Part shown: piece after piece, positions 41,333-53,892 of the stretch
Position numbering within the stretch: the first letter of the stretch is position 1
Layout of the letters: each line of letters opens with the position of its first letter
Assembly (NCBI GenBank): GCA_963693365.1
Contig: CAVNZM010000004.1
Coordinates: forward strand, 4,082,947 to 4,146,946
Length of the DNA: 64,000 bases
DNA from: Amoebidium appalachense
Lineage: Eukaryota; Protista; Ichthyosporea
Direction of reading: 5' to 3'
Position numbers and translations under genes: made by a program
The notes under the pieces: generated by a model
The model's input: the letters and a program-made list of their open reading frames with translations, nothing else
Database searches by the model: none
What the model was told of the DNA's origin: nothing

Positions 41333-43684
41333 GAGGAACGGGGGGAAGGGGGAGACGGAAGGGGGGGAAGTGGGTAGGGAGGGGCTGTGTATGCCTCTTG
41401 CTTAAACCAACCACCGCTTCTCCCATTTTAGCGTCGGGCCGCTGACCACCAATCTGACCACCCGAGAGCCACAGTTCTCAAATGTGTCTCAACAATCAAG
41501 AGACGCAATTAAATTGTGTCACAATGCCGATGTCGACATACGACAGAGCTAGCAATTTCAGCCCGGCGGCTACACGGCGTCACGGAATTGTGCACAGAAT
41601 GACGTCATCAATGTGGCTCGCAGCCCAGCGGCTAAAATGGGAGTAGCGGTGGTTGCTTTAACGTGGTGATTTCGTGTCTGTTGTGTGTGTGTGTGTGAGG
41701 GGGGGGGGAAGGGGGGGGGATGGAGGGGTGGAGGGAGGGTGAGGGGTAGGGGTGGGGGGAGGGGGGGGGGGGGGGGAGGGGGGGGGATGCAAGCTGGTTC
41801 CAAAAGATTCCGAAGAACAAACACATGGTACACAGACAAGGAAACAGAAGTGCAACATTAAAAGACCATAGACATGAAAACGAAAGGCACAAAAAGCACA
41901 GGATTGTCGTCATGCCGTAGTAATGAGAAGTGTCTCGTTGTAGGGCAGGGGTCATACTAAGAAGGGTAATCTACGGGAGATGAGCGCGGGGAGGGGGGGG
42001 GAGGGGGGGGGGGGGAGGGGGGGGGGGGGCTGGGGGGAGGAGGTAATAGAGGATGATTTTTTCTTTTGATTTCTTACCATATCGAAGGAAGAAAACGTCA
42101 AAGTTTCTCTTTCTATTTTTGAAGTTTCTTTCTTTCTTTTTTTTTTTTTTTGGAGGGGGAGGGGAGGGGGGGGAATGAGAGGGAAATTAAAAGAAACACA
42201 ATTAAATATAAAAGAACACACCTGATTGGCTGGGGACACACGCAGGCTGGTGCCGAGCACAATGCACAGGTCGCACTTTCCAGCCTCCTCAAATGCACGT
42301 GTCAGTGCCCCCTCAGGCAGACTCTCACCAAAATTCACAATCGAGTCCAGTAAAACCCCCCCGCAGGCCTCACATTTTCGACCGGTCACGTGGTCATACA
42401 CGTGGTGGGCCGTCCGGGTCTGGTAGTTGCGCAGGTACCTGCGGGATAGGGGGAAGCAGGGGGGGGGGGGGGGGGGGGGGGGCTGTCACTTAGATGTGCT
42501 TTTCTTCTGTGCCACACAATGTGTGTGTGGGGGCGGGGAGGGGTAGAGGTGGGGGGTTGGAGATGGCGGTGAGGTGTGTATGTGTGTTTGGGGGGGCTCG
42601 AATGAATGTGCTGAAATGAATGTGGCAACCCCCTTTTTCCGATCGAATCATTGAGAAGACAAGGCATGCGGGGAAAGGGGAGAGGGGGGGGGGGGGGGGG
42701 GTAATCTGAGACAAGTTGAGGTTGGGGGGAGGAAGGGGGGGAGGGGGAGGGGGGGGGGGTGCTGCCCGTAGTTATGGTGTCGGTGTTTTCACGCTCTATT
42801 ACGAAAATCTGTCCTGGTGAGGTGTGTGTATGTTTATGTATGCAGCGTGTCTTGTGGGTGCCCGTACCAGCGGTAATCTCTTGGGGGGGGGGGGGGGGGG
42901 GTGAGGAGGGAGGTGGGGGGAGGGGGGGGGCAGTTAGGTGGGGAGAGGAGAAGGCAAAGGGCCGAGAGAGAGGGGTGGGTGGGGGTGGTGGTTGCGGGAA
43001 GGGGGAAGGGGGGGTCTGGAATGGACATCAGCAGAACGTGGATGAGAGAGAGAAAGATGGGATAATTGAAGGTAAGAGCATGTGGGGTGCTGTAGGCTGA
43101 GAGACAAATAGAGAGCAGGGAGGGTGGATTGGACCGGTGGCGGGCGGGGGGGGGGGGGGGGGGGGGGAGAAGGGGAGAAGGGGGGGGGGGGGGAGGGAGG
43201 GCGGAGGGGGGGGAGATTGGAGGTGAGGGAGAGGGAACAGGGGATGTATGATTGGAAAGAAGTGTTTGATGAGGTATGGGAAACCGTAAGAAAACGTGTT
43301 CGCACATTGTGCATAGGGAGAAGACGATCAGACGGAGGGATATGAGGGTGGGGGGGGGGGGGTGAGGTGGATGGGGAGGGGTTTTGGGGAGGGGGTTGAG
43401 GGGGGGGAGGGGGGAGGGTGCGCGGGGGGGGGGGGGGGGGAGGGGGGGGGGGGGGTAAAGACTCACTCCTTTCCGCAGTCGCGGCATTTTTCGAGGTATG
43501 TGTTGCCGTGCAGCTCACTCAGTGATTGGCCAGAAATCAGGCCACTGCGCACGTGCAGACCGTCGACGTTTTGGCTGACCACGTGTGAGATGTGACCCTT
43601 CTCGTGGAGGATGACAAGGGCACGGTGGGCAAGCGTGGGCTGAGTGTGAGTGATGGTGGTGGTCTTGTACCTGTGTGTGTGTGT

Positions 43685-43720
<36 letters not shown>

Positions 43721-44181
43721 GGGGGAGGGGGGAGGGGGGGAGGGGGGGAGGGGGTAAGAGAGAGAGAGAGAGAGAGAGGGAGGGAGAGAGGGAGAGGGAG
43801 AGAGAGAGAGAGAGAGTGTGTGTGTGTGTCTGTGGTGCATGTGCACGAGCGCGCGTGTTCTTCTTTGATTTATTTGTGGTATGCTTGTGTGCTCTGGCTG
43901 TAGGTTGAAAGAAATCACAGCGGGTGTGAATTCTGGGGTTGGTGGGCAGGGAGGGGTGCGTACACGGGAGGGGGCGGAGGGGAAGGAAGGGGGATGGTCC
44001 CAGAAAGAAGGGGGGGATACGAGAGCTAGGGGAGGATGGGGGGGGGGGGGGGGGGGGGGACTAAGAAATTTGGGGGGATGGGGAGGGGGGGCGGGTTTGT
44101 GGTACAGGGAATGAAGTGCAAATCCCCCTCCCAACCTAGGAAAGGGTATGTGGGTGGTGCAGGTATCTCACTTGCAAGTTG

Positions 44182-44216
<35 letters not shown>

Positions 44217-44680
44217 TTGTACACGGCCCACACATACCGTCTATCACGTGCCTGTCCTGCTGCACGCAGCTCCCACACTCCCGGACCAGTGGGCAGTTTC
44301 GTGTCCATGCCGCTGCGAAAGTCGGGGATTCCCGCACCCGTGCTGATTCCCGCACCCGTGCACACAATCACGTGCTTACTCTCGCACACCCACGTGGCAA
44401 GCGTGTCGAGACCAGCGCTCAGTTTCTCCTCGCTGTCGAAATACTCCTTTTTGTCGTCATCGTCCGGAATGTTGTACTGTCCCTGCCTCCCGGGTTTTTG
44501 CTCGTGCGTGCCTGTGCCTGTGCCCTCCCCACGTGCACCCCCGGTGGAAACACGTGCGCTGATGGGGTTGCGTATCTCTCCCCTGCGTGCTGCATCGGTG
44601 AAAGTGGCGTGTGCGGGCGTGGTTGCAGAGGAGTGGGTGGCGCTGCTACCACCCTCGTTGTTGGACGGAGAGTGAGACAT
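40691..44680 (-). CDS. Class IV sirtuin (SIRT6/SIRT7-like NAD+-dependent deacylase)
   Basis: Exons 44680-44238, 43670-43467, 42438-42222, 40897-40691 (TGA). Motifs [48 protein letters not shown] zinc ligands, [28 protein letters not shown]. Confidence 0.93.
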
Positions 44681-44880
44681 TTTGTGCCGTGAAAGCTTTG
44701 CGGAATAGTGGTGTTCATGTGCACATGTCCCTCTTTGACCTGAAGGGGAATGGATGAGATAAGTAAATGCCAGTCATTTGGGCGAGCAAACGGGTTTTGT
44801 TCACTCAAACAATAATAACACTTCAAGGGCTATAGGAACACTCCCCCGTGTTCTAGCCTACCGTAGATCGGCTTGGTGAC

Positions 44881-45050
44881 GGTGTGTTAGCTTAAGCGGC
44901 TGATTACATCGATTAGCACCCCAGCTAGGGTACAGGCGGATCTTGGTGGAAAACGGTAGTTCCTGTGAGGGATCCTTAAGGGGAGCCTCCGGGGGGGAAA
45001 ACAAGGCATCAAATTGTGACAAAAACAAGACAAAAAAAAACCCCGAAACA
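44881..45050 (+). mobile_element. Diverged second copy of the 39460-39658 retroposon 3' end
   Basis: Shares GGTGTGTTAGCTTA, GGTGGAA.ACGGTA.TTCC and AAGGGG..CCTCCGGG..AAAAC in the same order, followed by an A-rich tail. Confidence 0.6.
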
Positions 45051-46170
45051 GAGTCTTTCTCCTTTTGAAGTTGGGATTCGCTTCAAGTTGTTCACTAGAC
45101 GAAGTATTTAGTACAATGTGTTCAACCCCTCTCACGCAGTAAACACAACACACGCAATATTTTAGTCTACGTTTTCCAGTTACATAAATTTTTGGTAGTT
45201 CAAGGGAGAGAGGAACCAAACTTCGAAAAAAAGGGCGGGAGCCTTGGGGGCAAGAGCTGGGCAAGAGCGGGTTCGAGGAAGGGAAGCAGGATGGGAGAGG
45301 GCGAGGGAAGGAGACATGAGGGGGAATTTAAAGGGGTGATAATAACATACAGGAAGGCCCCTATTATCTTCGTGTATTTATTTCGATATTGGGAAGAAAC
45401 ATACCTTCTTTGTTGCGCCGGAGAATATATGCAAATGTGAAAGCTTCGAGGGGGTAAGAAACCTCAAGTTGAGGGCCTTCGAACAGAGGCCACGGCGTCC
45501 GCTGGCGGCGAATTACGCGATAGTGAGCCACTGATAGAGCAAACCGAGCAAACAGGTACGTGATATACGAACCAAATTCGGTCATCTAAAAGTAAAAAGT
45601 TTAATGTTAGCGAATCACTCGTAAACAACAAAAAGATAAGTTGGCAACGAACCTATGACAGTTTTTTTCCCATGACCTTCTGGGGTTTACACACTTTATC
45701 CGACCTTTTTGGACCCGCCCAAACTTTCATTTCCCGCCTTTGCACACGTGCTTCGTGTCAGAAATTTCATGTTTTCTTCCCTTAAGAAGCACTGTACCGT
45801 GGATACTCTTAGCATTTGCATAGCTAAGTCTGAACCTGTAATCTGCTAAACGATGTAGGTCTTATATACATGTTTCAGTGTATATTCGAGAAACCAAGGC
45901 GAAGCGTGCAGTTGCAGTACACATGGACCTTCGCAGCTGAGGAATTAGTGCATGGTAACAAACGTTTAAAGTTTATAGTCTCGTTTCTTAAGAATGAACC
46001 GAATGAAGCAAAACTCAACTGTGACATCTCTCTTTGTTTTTCTCAGCTATCAGGCAAGACAGCCAGGCATAGGTAGTAAAGTAGCAGGCAACCTTTGTTT
46101 GTATTTTTTTTTTATTCCAACTCAGGCAACTTTGTAGGGTTCATGTCAGTCATCTAATCTAATTCAAACC

Positions 46171-47412
46171 ATGGGTGCACTGGCCGAGGCTTTCCAGAAG
46201 GGGCTAGCAGCCCAATGGGCGCTCTGTTTTTTTTGCTGCTGGTATCCGTGCACCTCATTTGAGAGCTTTGGTTCGTTCTGTGTCTTCATCTTCATGTTTT
46301 CCTGGGTATTTGAACATGCGCACGAAAACAAGCCCCACCCTGCAATAGACACGCTTTTCGTCGTGTTGGCCATCTTTTCCTGGGCTTCATTAAGTCCGGC
46401 AGCAAAGGGTTTTGGGGTTTCGGCTACCTTTCTTGCCCTTTGGGAGATCTTCTTGGGTGTGACAGGCTTTTCGTCCAACATTCCCATCGGCACATTTTCC
46501 TTGTTCTACGCTTCAAGCACCATATTTTACGATTATTCTTTCATCACCAACTACATAGGGATTGCTCTGGCGCTTTTGTTGCGTGTCTTTCCTTTTGAAG
46601 ACACCTGGGCTAAAGCCAGTAGGCCACACACAGCGAAAGAACACGGTCGGAACAGGACACAAGGGCCGACGCATGGCAACGTGGACTCCAAAACTGAAGC
46701 AAGCCGGATTCTTTCTGTTACGACACACTACGAGGTTCTGCAGGTAGATGCAAGTTTAAACGGAGAGGTTTTTCTGGATGCTGTTCGTGTTGCGTATAGA
46801 AGGAAGGCGCTTCTTGTTCATCCTGACAAGAATGGGAACGAGGAGCAGTTTCACAAGGCGTTCCAGCAACTGCAGGCTGCATACCAAACGCTATCAGACG
46901 AAGACGAACGGAAGAAATACGATTTCGAGATGAATGTACACGGAATCGATGAGTGCGTCGATCCAGCATCTGGAGTTACAAGTTTTGAAATGCCGGTCTC
47001 TTGCCATTATAATCCATACAGTGCTCATATGGTCAGAGTCATGAGACAGAAGAACAGGCGCAGCTGTAACAAATGTGCAGAGGGGCATGTGATCAATCCG
47101 GGCGAGCTGTTCATGGAAGAGACATACGAGTGGGCCCCGTTTATGGGTGTTGTTCCGTTCTTCAGCACCATACGAAGGGTGTATGTGTATTCGCCCGGTG
47201 GTGTGGTTGATATAACTTCGCAGGTCAACTGCTGTCAGACACGACTTCTTTCTTTCCTGAAACCAAACGAGTGCTCTGTACCTTGTGTGTTGGTGGAGCA
47301 CAATGAGGGTAGGCGTGGTAGGAACGAAAACAGGAACGAAAATAGGAGCGAAAAGCCCTGGAAAAAAGAACCGAAGAGGAAGGGGAATAACAAGAAGAAG
47401 GGCCGGAGGTAG
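46171..47412 (+). CDS. DNAJC14: DNAJC14/Jiv-like J-domain protein (TM region, J domain, Jiv90-like Cys/His domain)
   Basis: 413-aa intronless ORF: hydrophobic N-terminus, THYEVLQV..AYRRKALLVHPDKN..AFQQLQAAYQTLSDEDERKKYD, then RSCNKCAEGH..GELFMEE..GVVDITSQVNCCQ resembling Jiv90, and a basic tail. Probable 5'UTR introns near 46048-46125. Confidence 0.85.
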   Translation: MGALAEAFQKGLAAQWALCFFCCWYPCTSFESFGSFCVFIFMFSWVFEHAHENKPHPAIDTLFVVLAIFSWASLSPAAKGFGVSATFLALWEIFLGVTGFSSNIPIGTFSLFYASSTIFYDYSFITNYIGIALALLLRVFPFEDTWAKASRPHTAKEHGRNRTQGPTHGNVDSKTEASRILSVTTHYEVLQVDASLNGEVFLDAVRVAYRRKALLVHPDKNGNEEQFHKAFQQLQAAYQTLSDEDERKKYDFEMNVHGIDECVDPASGVTSFEMPVSCHYNPYSAHMVRVMRQKNRRSCNKCAEGHVINPGELFMEETYEWAPFMGVVPFFSTIRRVYVYSPGGVVDITSQVNCCQTRLLSFLKPNECSVPCVLVEHNEGRRGRNENRNENRSEKPWKKEPKRKGNNKKKGRR

Positions 47413-47648
47413 ACTCTGAGCTAGGCGTGACGGTTTGGGAATGTTTTGGTTGGTAGTTGGGTTAGGTTTCTTTTTTTTTATTAAAATTTTTGACAATGGA
47501 CACGTGTGTGTGTGTGTGAGGGCAACAATGTGTGCGCCAGGGGGGAGTGGGGGTGGGGGGGGGACGGGGGAGGGAGGGGGGGATATAGCAGTCGAGATAA
47601 CAGGGGTGTGTGGGAGCGACAGTGAAATGTGTATTGTCTAATCTTTAG

Positions 47649-48041
47649 CTAATAGCATTTGCATTTCATGATACCTTTCATAAAAGCTGTTATTAGTGTT
47701 GTTGTTGGGTCCCTTTCAATTGTATCTGATCTTGTGCACACACCTATGGTAGCAGCAAAGTTCTGTATGACCTTAGAAAAGATATCTTGATTGAATAGCA
47801 TTCCATTCCATGCAATTGTATACGCTGAATCGAGAGTCTGAAGCGCATAAGCTTGTTGAAGATAAAGCAATGTCTGCATGTATGAATTGTATTCACCGAT
47901 GCAACCGTTTTCGGTGATGGCCACAGTCAATCTCAGTATAACTGTGTGTTGCAACGTTGTTAACTGCCCCCCTCCCCCCCACTCGTTTCCCCCTTGGATT
48001 CCTTCGAGTTGAGGCAGAACCTTTCTTAATATATCATACAT
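47649..48041 (-). CDS. Hypothetical 130-aa ORF or decayed gene fragment
   Basis: Mostly non-repetitive, protein-like composition; no family recognised. Confidence 0.2.
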   Translation of the reverse strand: MYDILRKVLPQLEGIQGGNEWGGGGQLTTLQHTVILRLTVAITENGCIGEYNSYMQTLLYLQQAYALQTLDSAYTIAWNGMLFNQDIFSKVIQNFAATIGVCTRSDTIERDPTTTLITAFMKGIMKCKCY

Positions 48042-48131
48042 ATATCCATCTGGACACGTAACTTTCTTAACCCTAAAGTTTTCTTTCCTACTGCTTTGTT
48101 GACGTGCTTACACTATATTAGCTACTGCCCC

Positions 48132-48162
<31 letters not shown>

Positions 48163-48693
48163 AAAAAAAAAAAAAAAACAAAAAACTGGGAGACACAGAT
48201 ACACACACTCAAGCGTGTGCGTACAGTGCACACACGCACGCACACATGCATTGTTTATTCCCTCGAGCACACACACACCGTGACGTACCACACAGACAGA
48301 CGCACACACACACACTCTAAACCATAGCCAAGAGAAAAACAAAAAAACAACTCGTGTGTGCATGTCACGCAGGTACGCACAGTCACACGCATCATGCACG
48401 TATGCACAAATGCGCACGCACTGCCAGGCACACATGTGTACACGCACGCACACCCGTGCGCTCTCGGGCACGCTCACAGACTATCGCAGGGTAATATACA
48501 AGGCCTTATACTACATGATGCTAATCTTTGTGGTGGCACATAACGGTGCGCGCGCACACACGTGGCGCTGCTGTGACACGTTCTGAATTCCTTTCTTTCC
48601 CTCTCTTAGTGATTCTCCTTATAATCCCCCCCCTCCCCCTCAGTACCCCCTCCCCCCCCCCCCCCCCCCCCGCCCTCCCTCTCGCTCTCTGTG

Positions 48694-48734
<41 letters not shown>

Positions 48735-49107
48735 GGCCCCGTAATCCGGCGCAGTGGCGCAAATCATCCATAAATCGAAACCCTGGTCAAATTTTAAACG
48801 AACGGGAAGAGGTGACTTAATCATTCTGACTGAATGGTGGTGGATGAGAGCAGAGGGGAGGAGAAGGGGGGGGGGAGGGGATCCGGTGGGGAGGGGGAGA
48901 AGGGGGGGGGGATGGGGGGGGGAGGGGGGAGGGGGTGCGCAGTGGCGCAGTACATGGCGGCTGGCAGGGAGCAGTCAGACTCCCCAGGGGGGGGGGGGGG
49001 GGGGGGGGGGGCACCACCCCACCACAGAGGTGCACGTGTGGGTCAACCCTCAGAGCTCCCCTCCACTGTGGCCCTGCGGTCCGCCTTGGGGGGGGGGGGG
49101 GGGGGGG

Positions 49108-49255
49108 GGGAGGTGGGGAGGGGGGGAAGAACCCACCACTCCCTCGTCGACAGGTGGGTACATCTTCCCCCCCCGGCCCCCCTCTCCCCCTCCCCAGGGG
49201 GAGGTGGGGAGGGGGGAAGAACCCGCCACTCCCTCGTCGACAGGTGGGTACATCT

Positions 49256-49262
<7 letters not shown>
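49108..49262. repeat. Direct repeat, about 90 bp x2
   Basis: GGAGGTGGGGAGGGGGGAAGAACCC.CCACTCCCTCGTCGACAGGTGGGTACATCTTCCCC occurs twice. Confidence 0.85.
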
Positions 49263-49305
<43 letters not shown>

Positions 49306-50211
49306 TTCCCCCCCCACCCCGGGCCCCCAGGGGAGAGAGGAGGGACCACACAGGCCGGGACCTCCATATTTCTATTGCCCACCCGGGCCGGATGTCAAAG
49401 TTAAAAACCCCAGTTTGAAACAGATTCGACGTGTTTCATCAAGCAAACCAATGATTTCCGAAACACTGAAACGATCCCCAGTCCTTCCCCCCCCCCCACC
49501 CTTCCCCCCTCCCCCAACCCCCCTCCGAGCGAGACCTCCCCCATGCCCTCCTTTGAGAAAAATTTCCTTGCGACAATAACCCGAGGCCCGAAGTTGGCCA
49601 ACACCTTGAAACCGTAGATCTCTGTATCAGTTGACCCTCCCTGTGCCTAACCTTCGCTGAGTGGACAAATTAAATCCTCGTGTACTAAATAAGCCTATTT
49701 AGCCTATTTGACTGCCCTACGTATACAGAACGAACGGAACGACTCCCTTACCTTATGTATTCATTGAACCTTGCAACCGTGACTGAGGCTTCAAGACTTG
49801 TGCGGCGTATGTAGTGCTTGAAGCTTCTGCTGTAATTTCAATGATCCTTTGAAATTCCGTAACTTAGTTGTCACGGCATCATGAATAATGATCCAAAACT
49901 TAAAATAGTACAGGGGTCATTCAAGATTAAGATAATATAGTATAAGACAAACAGTAGTAAACCTTTTGGAAAGAGTTAAGATTTTATGGGTTACCGAGCC
50001 TTGAAATAAGATAACGGGGGGAGGAGTTGGGGGGGGGGGGGGGGGGGGGGGGGGGACTGCGGGGAGAAGGGAGGGGGGGGGGGGGGGGGGGCAGGTAGGG
50101 AGGCACAAACTTCCTAATTCAAGTATTGTATTCAGTGACCTGTGTGTGTGCATATCAGTATGCACATGCGAACTTTGCATACATTTGCCACAGGTTCTGT
50201 TGGTGTGTGGC

Positions 50212-50247
<36 letters not shown>

Positions 50248-50388
50248 CAGTGTGTGTGTGTGTGTGTGTGCGTGTGTGTGTGTGTGCGCGCGCATGTGCG
50301 CAGTGTGTGTGTGACTGGTGTGTGTGTTTGTTTCAAATTGTTTCAAAGTGTTTGTTTGTTTGCGTGTGTGTGTGTGTGCGTGTGGTCA

Positions 50389-50433
<45 letters not shown>

Positions 50434-50608
50434 CGTGGGCGCGCGTGCGCGCGGTGTGTGAGTGTGCGTGACTGCTGCGTGTGTTTGTTTCGAATTGTTT
50501 TGTTTGTTTGTTTGTTTGTTTGTACAGTGTGCATGAATGCTGTGTGTGCTTGTTTCCGTGGTTTGTTTGTTTGTTTGTTTGAAGTGGTTGTGTTCATATT
50601 GAACGTAT

Positions 50609-50686
<78 letters not shown>

Positions 50687-50941
50687 CGTGCGCGCGTGTG
50701 TGTGAGTGTGAATGTGTTTCAAGGTGTGTCTGTGTAAATGTGTGGATTCTGTGGACACTGTGTGGCACGGTGTGTGGTTGTTTGTGTGCATGTGTGCGTG
50801 GCGCGTGCACTACAAAATCAAATCGCACACCATGATGATCCCCCAACTTGCGGTCATCAATCAAGATGGTTTTCAAAGCCCCGGGATAAACAAAACAACG
50901 ACTTTAAACGGAAAAATATATCAGTACTGGGATTTTTTGAA

Positions 50942-50978
<37 letters not shown>

Positions 50979-51140
50979 AAAAAAAAAATACAAGCAACAC
51001 TTTGTGTGCAATATTTGGCGCACGTTTTCGAAACGGCATGCATGCACAATGCCATCATCCGGTTAGGTGGCCACGCTATGGCCAGCGTACAAAGCAACAC
51101 CGTTGTCTTGCTGTGCAATGCTAATGCAATGCCCCCCCCT

Positions 51141-51179
<39 letters not shown>

Positions 51180-51649
51180 TTCCCCCCCCCCCCCCCCCCC
51201 CACCACCACCACCACCACCACCACCGTCCCCCTGTTGGAAGTAGAGTCCGCTGTGACTAGGGTCGCCGTGGCGCGCTTGGGCGCTGACCCGTTTTTTACT
51301 GCTTTCAGTGTGTTAACTCCATGGCTGCACTCCATGACTGAACTCCATGTCTGCACCTGGCAGAGACGTGGGTTATATACCCGTGGGGCAGCAGTCTGGA
51401 ATGTAATCCGGATGCCAGGCGCTAATCGGATTGGTTACTTTCATTTAGAGATCTCTGGGACCAGTGAACCAATCGTTTGCAGTCAAAACACAGTTGGCAA
51501 CATTCCTCAACTATGCAGATGTGCATGTGGTGATCGAGTGTCAGCGTGTGTCTGTGTACACGGAACCAATTGTAAAGCTAACATACACATATTGTGGAGT
51601 GAGCGTAAGTCTGCACTCCAACACCCCCCTCCCCTTTCTCATCCACCCC

Positions 51650-51680
<31 letters not shown>

Positions 51681-51776
51681 AAAAAAAAAAAAAAAAACCT
51701 CCACCTGGTCCACTACCTCCACCCGCCCCACCGTCAGGCGCCGGCATACCATGGGCGTGGCCAGGGGCCAGGGGAG

Positions 51777-51833
<57 letters not shown>

Positions 51834-52270
51834 CATGATTATGAACCCTACGGCCGAGAAACAATGATTTGAGCTAAACCCTACCCTCGCGATTACCTGT
51901 CGCGGAGTGACCCCAGTAAATCGATAATGAGTATGTCTCAGATGATCGATCAGCCCGGGCCTTCCGTTGTCCGTGACTCCGACTGTACATGTGCCCGAGT
52001 CAGTCCAGCAAGGGATGATCATGAGTCCCGGCGGCTGCCGTAGGTTAGATTGATGTGCGTGTACGTGCCGTGACACGTGTGTGTGCCAGCAGTAGTCACT
52101 GTTAGTCACTGTACGTATACCGTACGTACGTGCACTCTCCCCCCCCCTCCCACCCCCCATCCACCACCCACCGTCCAAATGAGCCCCTGAGGCTCAAGCT
52201 CCCTCCCTCCCTCCCCTGCCACCCTCCCCCTCAGCCCCCCCCCGGCCCCCGCCCCGGCCCCCGCCCCCCC

Positions 52271-52301
<31 letters not shown>

Positions 52302-52307
52302 ACGACA

Positions 52308-52338
<31 letters not shown>

Positions 52339-52426
52339 TGACACGCACACACATGGTGTACACACACATGACACACACTGTCACACACGCACACAAGCAC
52401 ACAAATTGAAACACACACACACACGT

Positions 52427-52529
<103 letters not shown>

Positions 52530-52651
52530 GGCCGGTTCGCTATGATGGCCCGCCCGGCCGGGCCGGCAAATCGGGCCAAAAGTCCCCGACCCGAACATTT
52601 TGCATATAATTTGAGAAATTGTGGAGAGAGAAGTCTCTTACAGTTTTCCAC

Positions 52652-52880
52652 CAAAATTTGCTACGTACTAAATATATATGTAAACTCTTATTCTGTAAAT
52701 TTTCAATCAATTCTGACATTGGGTTTTTTGGCAAAATTCACAAAAGCGATGGTACCTTTTCTTGGTTTGAGGTGCGACCTGAAAATTGGTGACACTGTAG
52801 CGTGACAACCCAATGTCAGATCGAGTTGAAACTTGGTAAACCCCAAGGTCATTGGCTTATAAGCTTATGTGCAAAATTTG
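52652..52880. repeat. Bipartite imperfect inverted repeat; candidate element terminus or recombinase/transposase binding array
   Basis: Inner arms 52701-52725 (TTTCAATCAATTCTGACATTGGGTT) and 52807-52831 (AACCCAATGTCAGATCGAGTTGAAA) share a 14-bp perfect core. Outer boxes CAAAATTTGC (52652-61) and GCAAAATTTG (52871-80) each lie 40 bp from the inner arm. Confidence 0.7.
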
Positions 52881-53630
52881 ACCTATGGTTGTTTGTCTTT
52901 ATGCGACACAGGAAGGACGCGCTTTTGCCGGTTTTCAGCCGTAAAAAAGTGAAAAACGGCAACAAACTGCGTTGGCCGCTGTACTGCACAGCGTGTGAGC
53001 CACTCGTCATCTGAAACTGATCAGTGCGGCGGGTGGCAAGATGGTGACAATGCGATAAGAAATTGTTTACGTGAACCAATCATAGACGAGAACTAAGAAA
53101 TATGCGGGTAAATGGGAATTTTTGGCTCACATATTGGTGACAAAGCAAAGGACGCTAAGAAGCATGTAATTACGGTCAACATTGTACATATAATCTACAA
53201 ATAATAAATATAATGTATAAATAAATGATAGAAATTATTATATTATTATTTAATACAGCTTAAATACTGAATAGGAATGGGCAGGTAGGAGTGGCACCGC
53301 GATCATGAAAAAGGAATTTTGCAACGCTCAAGCGTGGTTTGATTGGTCGGCATGCGTTCTATATAACAAGCAAGGACCTAGACTCACACGTGCGGCGACA
53401 TTGTCCTTGTTCGCGTGCATGTGCATACCTGTACGTACGGTGTTTTAATAAATATTAAAGCCTTTTATATACTTCAAATCTATGTGTTATCGTTTATTGC
53501 TATATCCTGTTTCATTGCTTCATTCTGATTGGTTGTCACACCGCGGGATTTCCCGATTGTTCTTCCAATGACATTTTCTATCACTATCGACAGTTCTCCA
53601 ATATTAGAACAGAAAACGGTTTATACCCAG

Positions 53631-53715
53631 ATGGCCAGATGGCCAGATCAAATTCAGTCTGTGAGCAGGGGGGGGGGATCCACCTGAAGTCAAAACAATC
53701 TGGCCATCTGGCCAT
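53631..53715. repeat. Perfect 18-bp inverted repeat built from tandem ATGGCCAG units, 49-bp spacer
   Basis: ATGGCCAGATGGCCAGAT (53631-53648) and ATCTGGCCATCTGGCCAT (53698-53715). Confidence 0.9.
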
Positions 53716-53892
53716 GTGGCCATAGAATAGATTAGCATGTAAGGCACTGGCTGCCACCACTGGGGGCCGTGGTTCCGGCAGGAGGGGGGGCACACGTGCA
53801 GGGGAGGCAGGGGGTCGGGGGAGGCACACGTGCACAGGAGGCTGGGGAGAGTGGGGGAACCATGGTTGTGTGATACTATCTATCCCCCATGT

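Noticed and set aside
49911-49925. CAGGGGTCA as a hAT terminal inverted repeat (also at ~38333)
   Set aside because: No matching downstream inverted partner with an 8-bp target duplication was found.
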